Below, in pieces: positions 24,642-36,449 of a DNA stretch of 64,000 nt. The first letter of the stretch is position 1, and each line of letters begins with the position of its first letter. Location: the NCBI GenBank assembly GCA_039621445.1, contig CP154954.1:23324954-23388953 (forward strand), given 5' to 3'. The stretch comes from Euglena gracilis (taxonomy: Eukaryota). The notes beneath the pieces are model-generated. The model had not been told where the DNA came from. It was given only the letters and a program-made list of their open reading frames with translations, and did no database searches. A program made the position numbers and the translations under genes.

Positions 24642-27600
24642 CTACTCCAAGTCCGAACCGGCCGCATAGCCGGCAACGGACTTTTTGGTGGAATAGACGG
24701 AGTTCAATGAGCGCACCGCCATTCGGGCCTCATTAAATTCCCCGTCCGAGGTCTCATCCCCCTCCCTGCCCGAAGCCGGGGTGTCCTCCTCCAAACAAGA
24801 TACCTTGAAACTGACCTTTTGCCGTTTGGAGGAGTTACCACGGTCCTCCCGGCGCTTACCGCAATTTCCGTAGCCGGGCCGGGGGGAACGAGATCTGGGA
24901 CATTTGGATGAGTGGTGGTCTTTGGAACCGCAAAGTGAACAACGGGATTTGTGGCGGGATTCCGCATAACGGGGTGGAACGGTATTCCGTTCTTCTGTCG
25001 AACCGTCGTGGCGAACGGGTTTCCCGTCGACCATGACCGGTGTACCGGGGTTTCCCCGGTGACTCCCGCGAAGTGGATGATCCACTTCGCGAACGAGATC
25101 GTGAAGAGTCGCGATTGAAATCCCGTTTTCGGGTAGGAGGTCCAGGTGACCGACCGCGAGAAGGACGAGTTTCCCGACCATCACGCGATGGGGACTTGGG
25201 CCTACTACCGCTAAAGCGGTTCTCCGAAGAACGTGAAACTCCGGATTGTTGTGAAAACGTCGAGGAACCCGATCCCCGTGAGGAGGGCGAGCCCCTTGGG
25301 CTTCCAATATGCTTTCGCGCATCGGGATTCGGGCATTCCCGAGACATGTGACCAGATTTGTTGCACATAAAGCACAGTTTATCCGCGCCTTGATCCCAAG
25401 AACGCTGATTCCGCGTTTTCGGTCCCGTGGTGGGTGATCTTGGTGACATGGGTGATTTTTGCAACGCATTAACGGCACCCGCAGGGATTCCCGCGGTGGG
25501 ATGCGTTTGGAAAGCGGACTGTATTTGTCCCAAAACTTGTGTGAGCTTGAGTTGCTTTGACACATAATTCCAACGTTCGGCAAGAGTCATCTCATGCCCC
25601 GCCAACTCCTCGCGATGGATATCCTTCACGAGGGATGGTGTGAAATGCAACAAAACCGCATCGAATTGTTCGCGCATTTGCTTCTCACTAAGTTCATCAA
25701 CTTTGGAACCAAGTGCAAACCATTTGGCATACCAAAGGTCGATGGATTTCCATTTGTGATCCGTTGGTACGCATTGTCGCCATTTCTTCGCCAGGGTAAT
25801 CCTGGTGACCAAGCTTGAGTTGGTTGAAGCGTGTTGCTCAACCAGGTCATCGAATGATACGCCATTACGTATCACCAAGTTGCGTGCGCGCTCTCGCTCC
25901 TCTCTCGGTAGGCAATCGATGAATTCCATCTTGACTACCTCGGGATTCGGGTCTTGGGTGGGTCCCTTTAGTGCCCAGTAGTACCTCCAGTCCCCAAAAA
26001 ATTGTCTCCATGTGGTTGGATCCCCGTTCCATTGGGGTTTCACCTTGTTCGCGATTGCGATGGTGCCCTTGAAGTCTCTCTGAGTAACCCGCTGACCCTG
26101 GAATTCCAGGGGTTTGGGTCAGGGTAATTCTTAACACCAAACGCGTTTCGCGGATTTTCCGCTCCATGTGAACCCCGTGCACGATTTCCCGCACCGAGTG
26201 TAGGGGTGGCAGGATTTTACTGCGGGAATTGCGAAAAATGCGGTGAAATTTGCCCGGTGGGGCGGGTTTCCCGCCGAAAACCCGACGGGTGGTCTGGTAA
26301 TCCAGAAACCGTTGGTGATTGGTATGGTCGCGAATGCAACACATGACCAACACCAGGTGTGGGCTGTTGGCTCATTCCTCGTACAAGGTTGGAATTTTGA
26401 ATTTCTTGGTGGAGACCCGAATTTTCGAGCGGGGGGTCAATTTCCCCATCGGAAATGTGTTGTGGAAAGTGGGGTTGCGGTGTGGGCAGATGAAAAGGTG
26501 GTACAATTCGCGTTTTCGCAGGTGGTTGTATCAAATTCGCGGTGGATGTAGGGATTCCTACTCCAGAAATGGTAATTTGAGAACGTGATTCCGGGACATT
26601 TGGAATAGCAACCGCAGCGCTTACCGCGGTGGGTGGTGGCACAACCGGTACCGGAGTGGACATTTTATCCAAACTCGCGGACAAGACATGCACCGTTTCT
26701 TCCAAATGTTCCACCAACTGGAGTTGGCCGCAAATACGGTCAACCTCAGTCTCCAAATGCCTAACGCGTTTGCGGTAACGGGAAAAATCGTCCAAGTGTG
26801 GTAACTTTTCAGAAACCAAGTGTAAATCTTGGACAAGTTGTCCTTGGGACTCCTCCACATTCCGGAGTTGACCCGCAAGCGCTTTTACTGCATTTGAGAC
26901 AATTTGCAATTGGTGGAGTGAATTGGTGGGGGTTTCCGCGGTGGTGTCCGAACTTTCCGCGGTTGGCTTTTCCAACAACGCAGAAATTCGTCCATCCAAC
27001 CGTGAAACCTCGTCTTGCATGGAACGGGCATTCCGATTCACAGATTCCTCAAGTTGAATCAAACTCGTGCAAAATGCTTGCAAGGTTTCCTTGTTGTCAC
27101 CAAGCATTTTGTATAAAATGAGCGAAATTCGGGTGACTCCGATATCCGAGCGCGCGAGATATTGGGAAGTGCGCGAATTTCCGCTACTGTGGTGGACAAC
27201 AAGGTGCAACGGGTTTGTAATTCCCCAATAGCGGCTTGAATACCACTAATGTCGGGAATTCGCTTGGAAAGTGCGGAAATATGCTCCTGCAAACCGACAA
27301 CGGTGGCATTAATACCGCAATGTCCGTTTGCGATTGTTGCTGCGCGAAATCCAACCGTCGTGCGCAATGGGCGATTTTCGCGTGCAGGGTGGTTAATCCA
27401 TCCTGATTTGCGGCACAATGGCAGGATTTCTGCTCCAAGTGTAGGATGTGTTCCTCCAAAACCTGGATTTGCGAACGGGGAACAAAATTTTCTTGCACGT
27501 TCGCCTGAAATTGCTTCAAATGCTCGATTTCCGAGCCAAGATGTAAAATCCGTTGTTGGGCTTCTTTGAAAGAAGTAGTGAGTGTGGCAAAATGCTGAAC

Positions 27601-28701
27601 CGCAACAAAGTTACCGATTTCCGGCATTTTGGGGGTGGCATTTTGCGCTTGTAACTGGTGCTGCAATTGCAGTAGCATGGTTGAACATGATTGCACTTTG
27701 GCAAAAAGATGGCTCATACCATCTTGCACATGCAGAAACTTGGAATCATTCCGCGTTTCCGCTTCATGATTTGTTGGAAGTTTTGTGGAAGTTGGATTCG
27801 CAAAATACAGTCAACACTTTCCCGAAAATGCTGAAGGTCTTTCCCCGCATTTTCAAAATTGTGTTGGCAATATTTGCCAATTTCCTGCAAATAATTCCAG
27901 CAATATTCCAGTTTGGTGTTGACAACCCTTTGATTGTCCTCATCAAACTGCAAAACCTTGTTGAGCATGGTTGCGCATTCCGCAACACATTGGTGGACAT
28001 GCAAAATTTGCTTGCTCAGCGGGTGAACCGCTGGGAGTAGACCGAGAATTCGGTAAACATCACCGGGGGTGAGGTTATCCCGCAAATCTTCCTCATAGTC
28101 CTCCACAATGGAAACGGCACCAGAGATTTCCGGCACCGCCAGACGCATATCTGGGTTCCATGGCAAAACAGGGAAAACCGTAGTTTCCGCGGGTAATCCA
28201 GGCAATGCGTGAAATGGTGTGGGGGGTGGAAATTGAGGGCGGGGGTTGGAAAAAACACGGTTTTTCCACCGAGTTGCACTCCAAAAGGCCCACCGGTGCT
28301 TCCACCGGGGATCTTTTGGGTGTGAACAGAGCAAAGGGCAAATACCCCTCACTTTGTTCACGGGTAACATGAGTAACCAAGTGTGAAGGTGCAAGGGGTT
28401 CATCCCCTCGCCGCATCAATGATGGGTGAACCGGGATGGAGGAAGGAATTTTGCCACCAACATCCCGCACAATCAATGACAATGATGATGAAGAGGGTTC
28501 ATTACCCCCATGTAACAATAAAGGCGTTTCGCCTTTTGACAATGACAAATGAGTCAAATTGCCTTCTTCTTGCTCGAGGGGTCGGGAATTGGAACCTGTT
28601 TCACTTGAACCGTTCCAATCCCCGCAATCTTCATCAAAATTGCTCAATGAACTCATCAACAAATCATAATCAAATTTTGGGTTGGGGCTTGTGCTCTGCA
28701 T
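24642..28701 (-). pseudogene. gag: Gag of copy A (frameshifted): coiled-coil N-terminus, capsid-like region, two CCHC knuckles
   Basis: Pieces align with the intact ORF at 31190-35200; CFMCNKSGHMSREC and CSLCGSKDHHSSKC. Confidence 0.85.
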
Positions 28702-28945
28702 CTTTTGAGATGGGTAAAAAAACAAAAACCCAAAAATTCATACAAATAAGCAGAGAAACAGGGACCAGAAAGGTTGTATCGGCGATTACCGAACAGAGCC
28801 TTCTGAGACCTGTATCCTTTCTTAAAGGTTCGCTAGGGGCCAGGAACAGTACTTTCACCGTGTTTCACGGCTCAGCACGATCCTCACCAACAGTCAACCA
28901 CAGAGTTTCTCTGTGTGGAATGTCTGTGTAGGATCGTTGCCTAAA

Positions 28946-28955
28946 TCTGCTACCA
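28946..28955 (-). promoter_or_regulatory. Primer-binding site (TGGTAGCAGA, initiator-Met tRNA type), copy A
   Basis: Lies 2 nt from the LTR end; complementary to the conserved 3' end of eukaryotic tRNA-iMet. Confidence 0.85.
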
Positions 28956-28957
28956 AG

Positions 28958-29366
28958 TGTACGTCCAAAGACTTCCCTTTGACCCCTTTTGTCCCAGAAA
29001 AGCCTGTTTCGCTTTCTCCTGGTGCGCACCTACTTAGGTGACTAAAAATCCTTGGAGTAACAAAGCCCTTTTTCCCAATTCCCCTATGCTAAGGCAGAGC
29101 ACAAGACAAGTCGCTGTGTAAGAATTTTCCTTCACAGTCGTGTTCAGTCCTTTCAGAGGTTTATCCTCTTACTTCAAAACAATCAAAATGTGAAGAATAG
29201 AATACCACCTGTGAGGAAAAGAGATCACGCAGGCACGTGTGATACGTGTCGCTAAATCCCATAGGATCTGCCACGATCGTCAGGCTGTGTTCATCACAGC
29301 CGTCAGATTGTGACGGATCCAGACTCCGTAGGTTTCCTACAGAGCTGGGATCGTGCCTGGTACACA
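28958..29366 (-). mobile_element. 5' LTR of copy A
   Basis: TG...CA termini; PBS adjacent; homologous to 10699-11123 and, inverted, to 30632-30935. Confidence 0.88.
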
Positions 29367-30631
29367 TTCTCGAGCTGATGGTCCCTGTACTGGCACGGTT
29401 GGTTTTGTCTCCACGGCCATGGCGGTCTGTTCGCCTTCTGTCCGTGTCGCTTCCGACACCGGCGGTGGCGCTGCCGTTGGGGGAGGTTCATCCTCCACCA
29501 TGGCTGCAGTATCAGGTGTTTCTTCCACCGGCTGGGCAGTTTCCGCCGCAGCTGTGGAAGAACTGACCGCAGTGCCACGTGGAGCGACAACAGCGATCAA
29601 TGACCACAAACCACCAAGTACGCGTCCGCCCAGCGAGGTGCGCCGTTCAGGTCCTTCACCTGAAGTGGGCTCCTCCGCTGGCTCCTCTGTCGACGGGGTT
29701 TCCCGGAAACAGGGAGGTTGAGTCGTACTACCTCGGGCGTGTGTGGTACATTTCCGGAGGGTTTTCCCGCGGAGGGGGCGGTACGCCTGCCGTACCCAGT
29801 GAGGTCGGTGACAGTGGCACGGGTGTCAGTTCACCTGTCGGCGGTCCTGGGCGCTGGGGAGTTTCTGCCACAGTGTCCAGCATCACCACCGATGGGCTAC
29901 GGGTTTCCCGTGCCGGACGTTCTGCTGGCTGAGGTTCATCGTCGGCCATTGGGACCGTTTCCTCCTCCTCCTCCGCTTCCGGAGGGGATTCCTCTGTGTG
30001 TAGTTGTGCTGCAGTACGCGGGTCTTTTCCGCTCCTGTAGCACCCTTGTGCGTCTGACAGACGGTAAAAGCTTATACTTTCACTCCTGTCAGACTTGGGG
30101 TATGGGGGCGGCCACGACGCTCTCACCCAGCTTCCGGGTAGAGATTGCGGCTCGTCGTCGTCGATTAGGCAGAGGTCTTCCCACCATTGTCGACAATTCT
30201 CGTGCATGCCGTATTCTGCTGTGTCTTCCAGGAAAGCGGGCAGCGGCAACGCATAACGAGGTTGTTTCCCCTTGAGTGCCGCGAAAAACATCCGGAAACC
30301 TTCCCAGATCAGGATCTTCACGAACCGGGTGTCCAGGTGCTCCTGGAGGCCGATTTCGGCCTCTTCCTAGTCCGGTTGCAGGTTCATCCTGCGTTGGTCT
30401 GGATCATTGGGTCTGGCGTCTACCTCGGTGTATCCCCGAGGTAACCACTTTCTGTGGATATCCACATCAGCGGTCATGTATTCCTGGAAATAGATATACA
30501 CCTCCAGGACGTAGGTAATCCACGCCCTGTGCCAGTATTGTTGCAGCAGAAATATTTTCTGCCGGTGCTGTTTCCGCACCCTGCGGTCTTGTGTTCCGAT
30601 ATTGGGATTCCTGCACTGATGCAGGAGGAAT
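29367..30631 (-). pseudogene. Fragment of the accessory ORF from another family-1 copy (probably the continuation of D)
   Basis: Homolog of ~15860-17115 (e.g. SWVRASWPPPYP.SDRSESISFYRLSDAQGCYRSGKDPR). Confidence 0.85.
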
Positions 30632-30935
30632 TGTGTACCAGGCGTATGCTTCTGTCCACTTCCGTTGAGGAAGTTAGGATGGAAGCAGATCCTATTAGGA
30701 TCTCCTAATGGGTGCCCCTTCTCTCTCCACAGGTGGTATTCTTTATATTATTTATTTTCCCCTTTCTTCCTCGGACTTATTATAGTCCGTTATCCTTTCC
30801 CATCCTCTCTCTGTGCTTTGCTTCTCGGGAAGTTGGGAAAAGGGTTTTTCGTTACTCTGATTTTCTCTTCCCTAAGTAGGTCCGCACCAAGGCGAAAGCG
30901 AGGCTTTTTGGGGAAAAGGGAAGATCAGACGTACA
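30632..30935 (+). mobile_element. 5' LTR of family-1 copy B
   Basis: TGTGTACCAGGC...GACGTACA followed by CT-TGGTAGCAGA (PBS 30938-30947). Confidence 0.85.
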
Positions 30936-31222
30936 CTTGGTAGCAGATTAGGTCACGATCCTACACATACAGCCCATACAGAAAGAAACGCTACCAAGTA
31001 TTACACTTGGTAGCAGATTGGTTACAATCCTACGCTGACTGGCAGCGGAGAGCCCCTGCACCGTTATTACACGGTCGCAGCGTCAGCTCCCGGCTTCTAG
31101 TCAACGTCTAAGCAGACGAGCAGGCTCCGGAAGGCTCTGTACGGTATTACCCGTTACATCCCCTCTGGTGCCAGCACAACTGCTTAGTTTTGTGGGTTTT
31201 TGCTGTTTTTGCCATCAGAAAG

Positions 31223-34200
31223 ATGCAAAGCACAGGCCCCAACCATCAATTCAACTATGCCTTATTACAGGCATCATTGCAAGACATTGACCAAGAAACT
31301 GGGGATTGGAAGCTTTTATGTGAAAGTGCTTCCAGTTCCCACGCCGATGAGGCACAATTGGTTCAATTGTCACAATTGCAACACTTGTCGTCATTGACAG
31401 TGGTCGGCGATGAGCCCTCCACATCATCGGCTTCAGAGGCTAATGCGGCCTCTTCCGCACTCACCTTGCCACAACGGGGGTATTCGCCTCTGTCTGCGGC
31501 AATGGTGCAGCTGCGCACACCGGAGAGACCCGTGGTGATTCCGCCACCGGGCTTCTCTGGTGATGGTGGGCTAGAAACGCCGTGTTTCTTTCAACCCCCA
31601 CCCGCTCTTCCACCGGCAAGCCCTTACAGAGCTTTGCCACCACCACCCGATATCGGGTGCTATCCCGCACTACCTTGGCAACCGGAGACTCGCCTAGTGG
31701 TGCCGGAATTCTCCGGTACATCCCAACCCATGGATGACTATGGGAAGGGCACTAGTGAACTCCTCACTGCTGAGGATGTGCAGGATATTGTTGTTCGGCT
31801 TCCAGGGGATCACCCCCTTGTGAGGCAGTTCAACCATGTGCAACAATGCGTTGCAGAGTGTGCAACCGCATTGAACAAAGTGCTTCAGTTTGATGAGGAC
31901 AACCAGAAACATGTCTTCACCAAGCTGGAACACTGCTGGAATTACTTGCAGGAAGTTGGCAAATATTGCCAAAGGAATTTCGAAAGTGCGGGTATTGACC
32001 TTGCAACCTTTCGGGAAACCTTTGACAGAATGTGCCAACAACTCCCGCTAAACTTCCGGCAAATTAGTGAATGCATGCATGAAGCGGAAACGCGGAATGA
32101 CTCCAAGTTTCTGCACTTGCATGACTCACTACAACACCTATCGGGACAAATGGAGTCCTGTTCATCCGCGTTGTTGCATTTGCAACAACAGTTGCATGCA
32201 CGAGATTCCTCGTCTGCAACAACCCACAATGGTGGATTTGTGTCTATGGACCATTTCACCACTTTGTCCGCAACTTTCCATGAATCGCAACACCGCATTA
32301 TGCAGTTGTGCGATGAAACGGAAAAGTTTCGGCAATTGCAGTCACAAGCCAACGAGAATTTTGCTCCCCACACGTATGTGCGGCAGTTGGAGGAGCGACT
32401 TTCCCGTTTGGAGCAGAAAACCTGCTATTGTGACGCGAATCAGGTTGGATTATCAAATCTGAGCGCGAAAGTGGCGGAAATGACACAACGGCAGGATTCC
32501 CTGCAGTTGCAATTGCAATCCGACATTGGCGGGATTAACTCGGCCATTGCGGGTTTGCAACAGAGCTTTTCCGCACTTTCCCACCGAGTTCCGGACATTA
32601 GCGGTATTCAGACTGCTTTTGGGGAACTCCAGACCCGGTATGCATCGGTGTCTACCAAAGTAATGGAAATGCAGTCTATACCTGCAAGTTCCAGTTCTCG
32701 GATTACCGAGAACTGTAATTTCAAGGCATTTTATGACAAAATGCTCACTGGTAATCAGGAAACCTTGCAGGAATTCTGCAACAGCCTATTACGGCTTGAG
32801 GAATCGGTGAATCGGAATGCCCGATCCACCCAAGGTGAGATTACCAGGTTGGATGAGCGGATTTCCGCGTTGTCGGATAAGCCACAACCCGGAAATTTGC
32901 TCGTGGGTACCACAACCGCGTTGTCGGATGACCCTGCACCGGTTGCACCCACTAACACACCAACCAAGGTGACACCACCTTTGCAGATCCTCTCAAGTGC
33001 TGTGAAAGCATTAATGGGACAACTCCAATTATTGGATGAGTCTCACGGGAAACTAGTCCGAGATGTCACCGAAATTTCCGAAAGGATTCCGCATCTGGAT
33101 GACTTTTCCCGTTACCGCAAGCGTATTCGCGCTTTGGAGGATGAAGTTGACTGTATTTGCGGCCAACTCCAACTCGTTGAGCATTTGGAGCAAAGTGTGC
33201 ATGACTTGTCTGTCGGTTTGGATAATGTGTCCAACCAACAGCGGGTTTCACACCGTGATTCGGCAGTATGCATTGCCGAAAATGCGCCAAATGCTCCAGA
33301 TTCGCGTTTCCACAACCCGAATCTGGGTGCACATGCACCACCACCACCCGTGTCCCGATTGTCACAATCCGCGATTCCGCGAATTGTACCACCATTGGCC
33401 TTGTCCACAACCCAAACCCAGTTTTCGGATGAATTTCCCATTACGGGAACCGAATTTTCGGAAAACACGGCGATTCCGCCAAGTCTCCACCAAGAAATCC
33501 ATCATTCCAGGCTTGTGCGTGGAATGAGCCAAACCCGTACACCGGGAGTGGGTCACATGTTGCATGCGCGACATACCCCCACACCGGAGTGTCCCCCTAT
33601 TACGGGTGACCAACAGGGTTTGCGACCGGATTTCCGGTACCAGGATTCACCTTCACCAGAAATTTCGCGATTCCAACAAGAATCCGGAAAGGATACGCTT
33701 GGTGCTCGAGAGTACCCGGGCCCGAATCCACGGAATACCACCGAGGGTCATTGGGTTCCTCAGGAAGACTTCAAGGGCACCATCGCAATCGCGAACAAGG
33801 TGAAACCCCAGTGGGATGGTGATCCAACCACGTGGAGACAGTTTTTCCGGGACTGGGAGTATTACTGGGCATTGAAAGGGCCAACCCAGCACACAAACCC
33901 GGAGGTGATCAAGATGGAGTTCATCGATTGCCTCCCAAGGGATGAGAAGGAGCGCGCACGACAACTCGTGATTCGCTACCGCAGTTCCTTCGACGACCTG
34001 GTGGAGCAATACGCTTCCACCAGTTCAAGTTTGGTCGCCAGGATTACCTTGGAGACCAAGTGGCGACAATGCGCCCCACCCGACCGCAAGTGGAAGTCCA
34101 TTGACCTTTGGTATGCCAAATGGTTGGGACTTGCCTCTGAAGTGGATGAGCTGAGTGAAAAGCAAATGCGTGAACAGTTTGACGCTGTTCTCATGCATTT

Positions 34201-35200
34201 CACGCCTAGCCTCATCAAGGATATCCATCGTGAGGAGCTAGCGGATCATCCAATGACTCTTGACCAACGCTGGAATTACGTTTCCAAGCAGTTGAAGCTA
34301 TCACAGCTTCTTGGTCAAATTCAATCCGCGTATAACGCACACCCAACCGCTGGATTACCGGCTGGTTCGGTGAACGCAGTGCAAAAATCACTGGTTTCAC
34401 CCACTCCACCAACCACGGGATCGAAAACGCGATATCCGCGTTCTTCGCATCAATCCACGGACAAATTGTGCTTTTTGTGCAATAACCCGGGACATATGTC
34501 TCGTGATTGTCCGAATCCTGATGCGCGAAGGCGTATCTTGAGTCCGCGAGGATCGACCTCATCACGAGGTTCGGGTTCCTCTGGATTTTCACGCCAGTCG
34601 GGCAATTCACGGTCATCGGGTCCCCGTTCCGGCGGTATTAGCCCCCGGTTCCCGTTCCGCGATGAGCGGAAACACGGTACCCCTCGGGGTAGGTCACCCG
34701 GTGCCCCTGCCAAGAAGCGTGATTCATATCGCGAGGCATCGCGATTCATTTGGCGAAGCGGATCATCCTCTTCGTCAACTTCATCGGGAGAACCCCGATA
34801 CACGAGTCCTGGTCAACGGAATGCCCGTTCACCACGGCGGTTTGACGGTAAATCGGGAAACCGATCACCCCGCCATTCTGAATCTCGTCACAAATCTCGT
34901 TGTTCACTGTGCGGATTGAGTGATCACCACTCATCCCTATGCCCAGGGTCTCGTTCCCCCCGGCCAAGCCACCGCCATCGCGGTATGAATCGCGGTGACA
35001 ACGGTCACTCCTCCAACCGCCATAAAGTCGGTTTCAGGTTACCTTGTTTGGAGGAGGAAACCCCGGCTTCTGGCAGGGAGGGGGATGAGACTTTGGACGA
35101 GGATTTCAACGGGCCCCGCATGGCGGTGCGCACGTTGACCTCCGCGTATACCTCCAAAAGGCCCGCTGCCGGCTATTTGGCCGGTTCGGACCTGGAGTGA
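31223..35200 (+). CDS. gag: Intact large Gag (~1325 aa) of copy B
   Basis: Uninterrupted ORF after the PBS; KPQWDGDPTTWRQFFRDWEYYW capsid-like motif; CFLCNNPGHMSRDC and CSLCGLSDHHSSLC; Ser/Arg-rich tail. Confidence 0.88.
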   Translation: MQSTGPNHQFNYALLQASLQDIDQETGDWKLLCESASSSHADEAQLVQLSQLQHLSSLTVVGDEPSTSSASEANAASSALTLPQRGYSPLSAAMVQLRTPERPVVIPPPGFSGDGGLETPCFFQPPPALPPASPYRALPPPPDIGCYPALPWQPETRLVVPEFSGTSQPMDDYGKGTSELLTAEDVQDIVVRLPGDHPLVRQFNHVQQCVAECATALNKVLQFDEDNQKHVFTKLEHCWNYLQEVGKYCQRNFESAGIDLATFRETFDRMCQQLPLNFRQISECMHEAETRNDSKFLHLHDSLQHLSGQMESCSSALLHLQQQLHARDSSSATTHNGGFVSMDHFTTLSATFHESQHRIMQLCDETEKFRQLQSQANENFAPHTYVRQLEERLSRLEQKTCYCDANQVGLSNLSAKVAEMTQRQDSLQLQLQSDIGGINSAIAGLQQSFSALSHRVPDISGIQTAFGELQTRYASVSTKVMEMQSIPASSSSRITENCNFKAFYDKMLTGNQETLQEFCNSLLRLEESVNRNARSTQGEITRLDERISALSDKPQPGNLLVGTTTALSDDPAPVAPTNTPTKVTPPLQILSSAVKALMGQLQLLDESHGKLVRDVTEISERIPHLDDFSRYRKRIRALEDEVDCICGQLQLVEHLEQSVHDLSVGLDNVSNQQRVSHRDSAVCIAENAPNAPDSRFHNPNLGAHAPPPPVSRLSQSAIPRIVPPLALSTTQTQFSDEFPITGTEFSENTAIPPSLHQEIHHSRLVRGMSQTRTPGVGHMLHARHTPTPECPPITGDQQGLRPDFRYQDSPSPEISRFQQESGKDTLGAREYPGPNPRNTTEGHWVPQEDFKGTIAIANKVKPQWDGDPTTWRQFFRDWEYYWALKGPTQHTNPEVIKMEFIDCLPRDEKERARQLVIRYRSSFDDLVEQYASTSSSLVARITLETKWRQCAPPDRKWKSIDLWYAKWLGLASEVDELSEKQMREQFDAVLMHFTPSLIKDIHREELADHPMTLDQRWNYVSKQLKLSQLLGQIQSAYNAHPTAGLPAGSVNAVQKSLVSPTPPTTGSKTRYPRSSHQSTDKLCFLCNNPGHMSRDCPNPDARRRILSPRGSTSSRGSGSSGFSRQSGNSRSSGPRSGGISPRFPFRDERKHGTPRGRSPGAPAKKRDSYREASRFIWRSGSSSSSTSSGEPRYTSPGQRNARSPRRFDGKSGNRSPRHSESRHKSRCSLCGLSDHHSSLCPGSRSPRPSHRHRGMNRGDNGHSSNRHKVGFRLPCLEEETPASGREGDETLDEDFNGPRMAVRTLTSAYTSKRPAAGYLAGSDLE

Positions 35201-36449
35201 GGGAGCCCGAAGTCCGAAGGGTCAGACTCTGGGCTGATGAGCAGGTGGAGGTAGGACGTCATGAACCCTCCCCCCTCTTGTCCATCAGTCTTTTGGGTTA
35301 GTACCCGGAAAATTTTCGGCCTCCACCCACACTCCCCAATTTCCGCTGGGAAAGTTGAGCAAAGACAGAAAGGGTCAAGGAGAACTTGGCAAGAAATCGA
35401 ATTTTGAGCCCGACCTTGCACTGTCCCCAACCCCACGAAACGAGCTCTCCAAGCGGAAACACTTTTCCAAAATTTACACAATTTTTTTAACCCAACGTGT
35501 AAAAATTCATTTTTCACGCCCAATATTTTATTTATACACCCCCCCTTGTGTGTAGGTGATTGGGACGCATTTTGGACAGTGTCCTACCCATCAGTCCCAA
35601 CACCATACACAACCCGCACCTGGCTAAAATTTTCGGGGTACTGGGTTCGGTTTCACAACATTCTTGGTGTTGACGTAAGTTTGGGATAGCCCTGTTACGT
35701 CAGTACCAGCTGGCAGTGGATACCCACTCCTGCTGTTTGCACACAACTCCATTCTCTTCATTGGCCCCCTAAACCCCCCATCACCTGTGGCGTCAACCGC
35801 GACGACCACCAATTTTTCCACACCGTTTTCCAAAACTTTACCCCGTTTTCAACTACACCTACCAACGTTTTCTACACCGGGTGTACCGAGAAAGTTACCC
35901 CCCTGCCCAACGGCACACCAACTTTCGTTCCCCAGGAGGCAGGGCAAGCGAGTAGCGGTACACCTCCCACGTTTCACTGGGTTCCAAGACGAAAGCCCAA
36001 GGGCCAGAAGTACGTACGGTGTCGAGTAGTCGCCCAGCTGCACAAACACCCCGTTTTCCACCAGATGTGTCGATTTCAGACACATCTGTACACCCCCCAG
36101 CAGCCACAAATGCGCATCCCCATTTTTACACACACACACCCCACCAGACCGACATGCGCACCCAGGACAACTACTCTGACACTCCCAACCAATGTGTGCA
36201 CTCAAGGAGAATTTCCGCTTTGCCATGTTTCATTTCTGCATGTTCAGTTCAAAAAACGACACACTAACCCTGATTTTGCGCACAAACAACACTTGGTTAC
36301 GGTTTGCAATGCGCAACCGTACATCAAGTACTCCAACAACGAGGTGTTGCCTTGTTGTTTGGGAAGCGCAAAATCTGTTTCACACACCTTCCACACCTCC
36401 ATCTGGAACGATATGGAATGGGTATGTACCCATTCAGGCCAAAACACTT
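35201..36449 (+). pseudogene. Degraded 5' part of pol of copy B, truncated by the satellite before the MTase domain
   Basis: Inverted homology to ~24640-23380 (e.g. AGGGCAAGCGAGTAGCGGTAC). Confidence 0.75.

Larger units (their letters stand above)
13598..29366 (-). mobile_element. Ty3/gypsy chromovirus-like LTR retrotransposon, family-1 copy A (5'LTR-PBS-gag-PR-MTase-RT-RH-IN-chromo-accessory ORF; 3' LTR missing)
   Basis: Domain order PR-RT-RH-IN; many frameshifts and stops show decay. Confidence 0.92.

Noticed and set aside
10699-29366. One intact element bounded by paired LTRs, datable by LTR divergence
   Set aside because: The LTRs are too divergent, there is no TSD, and an internal junction at ~13597 indicates two different copies.
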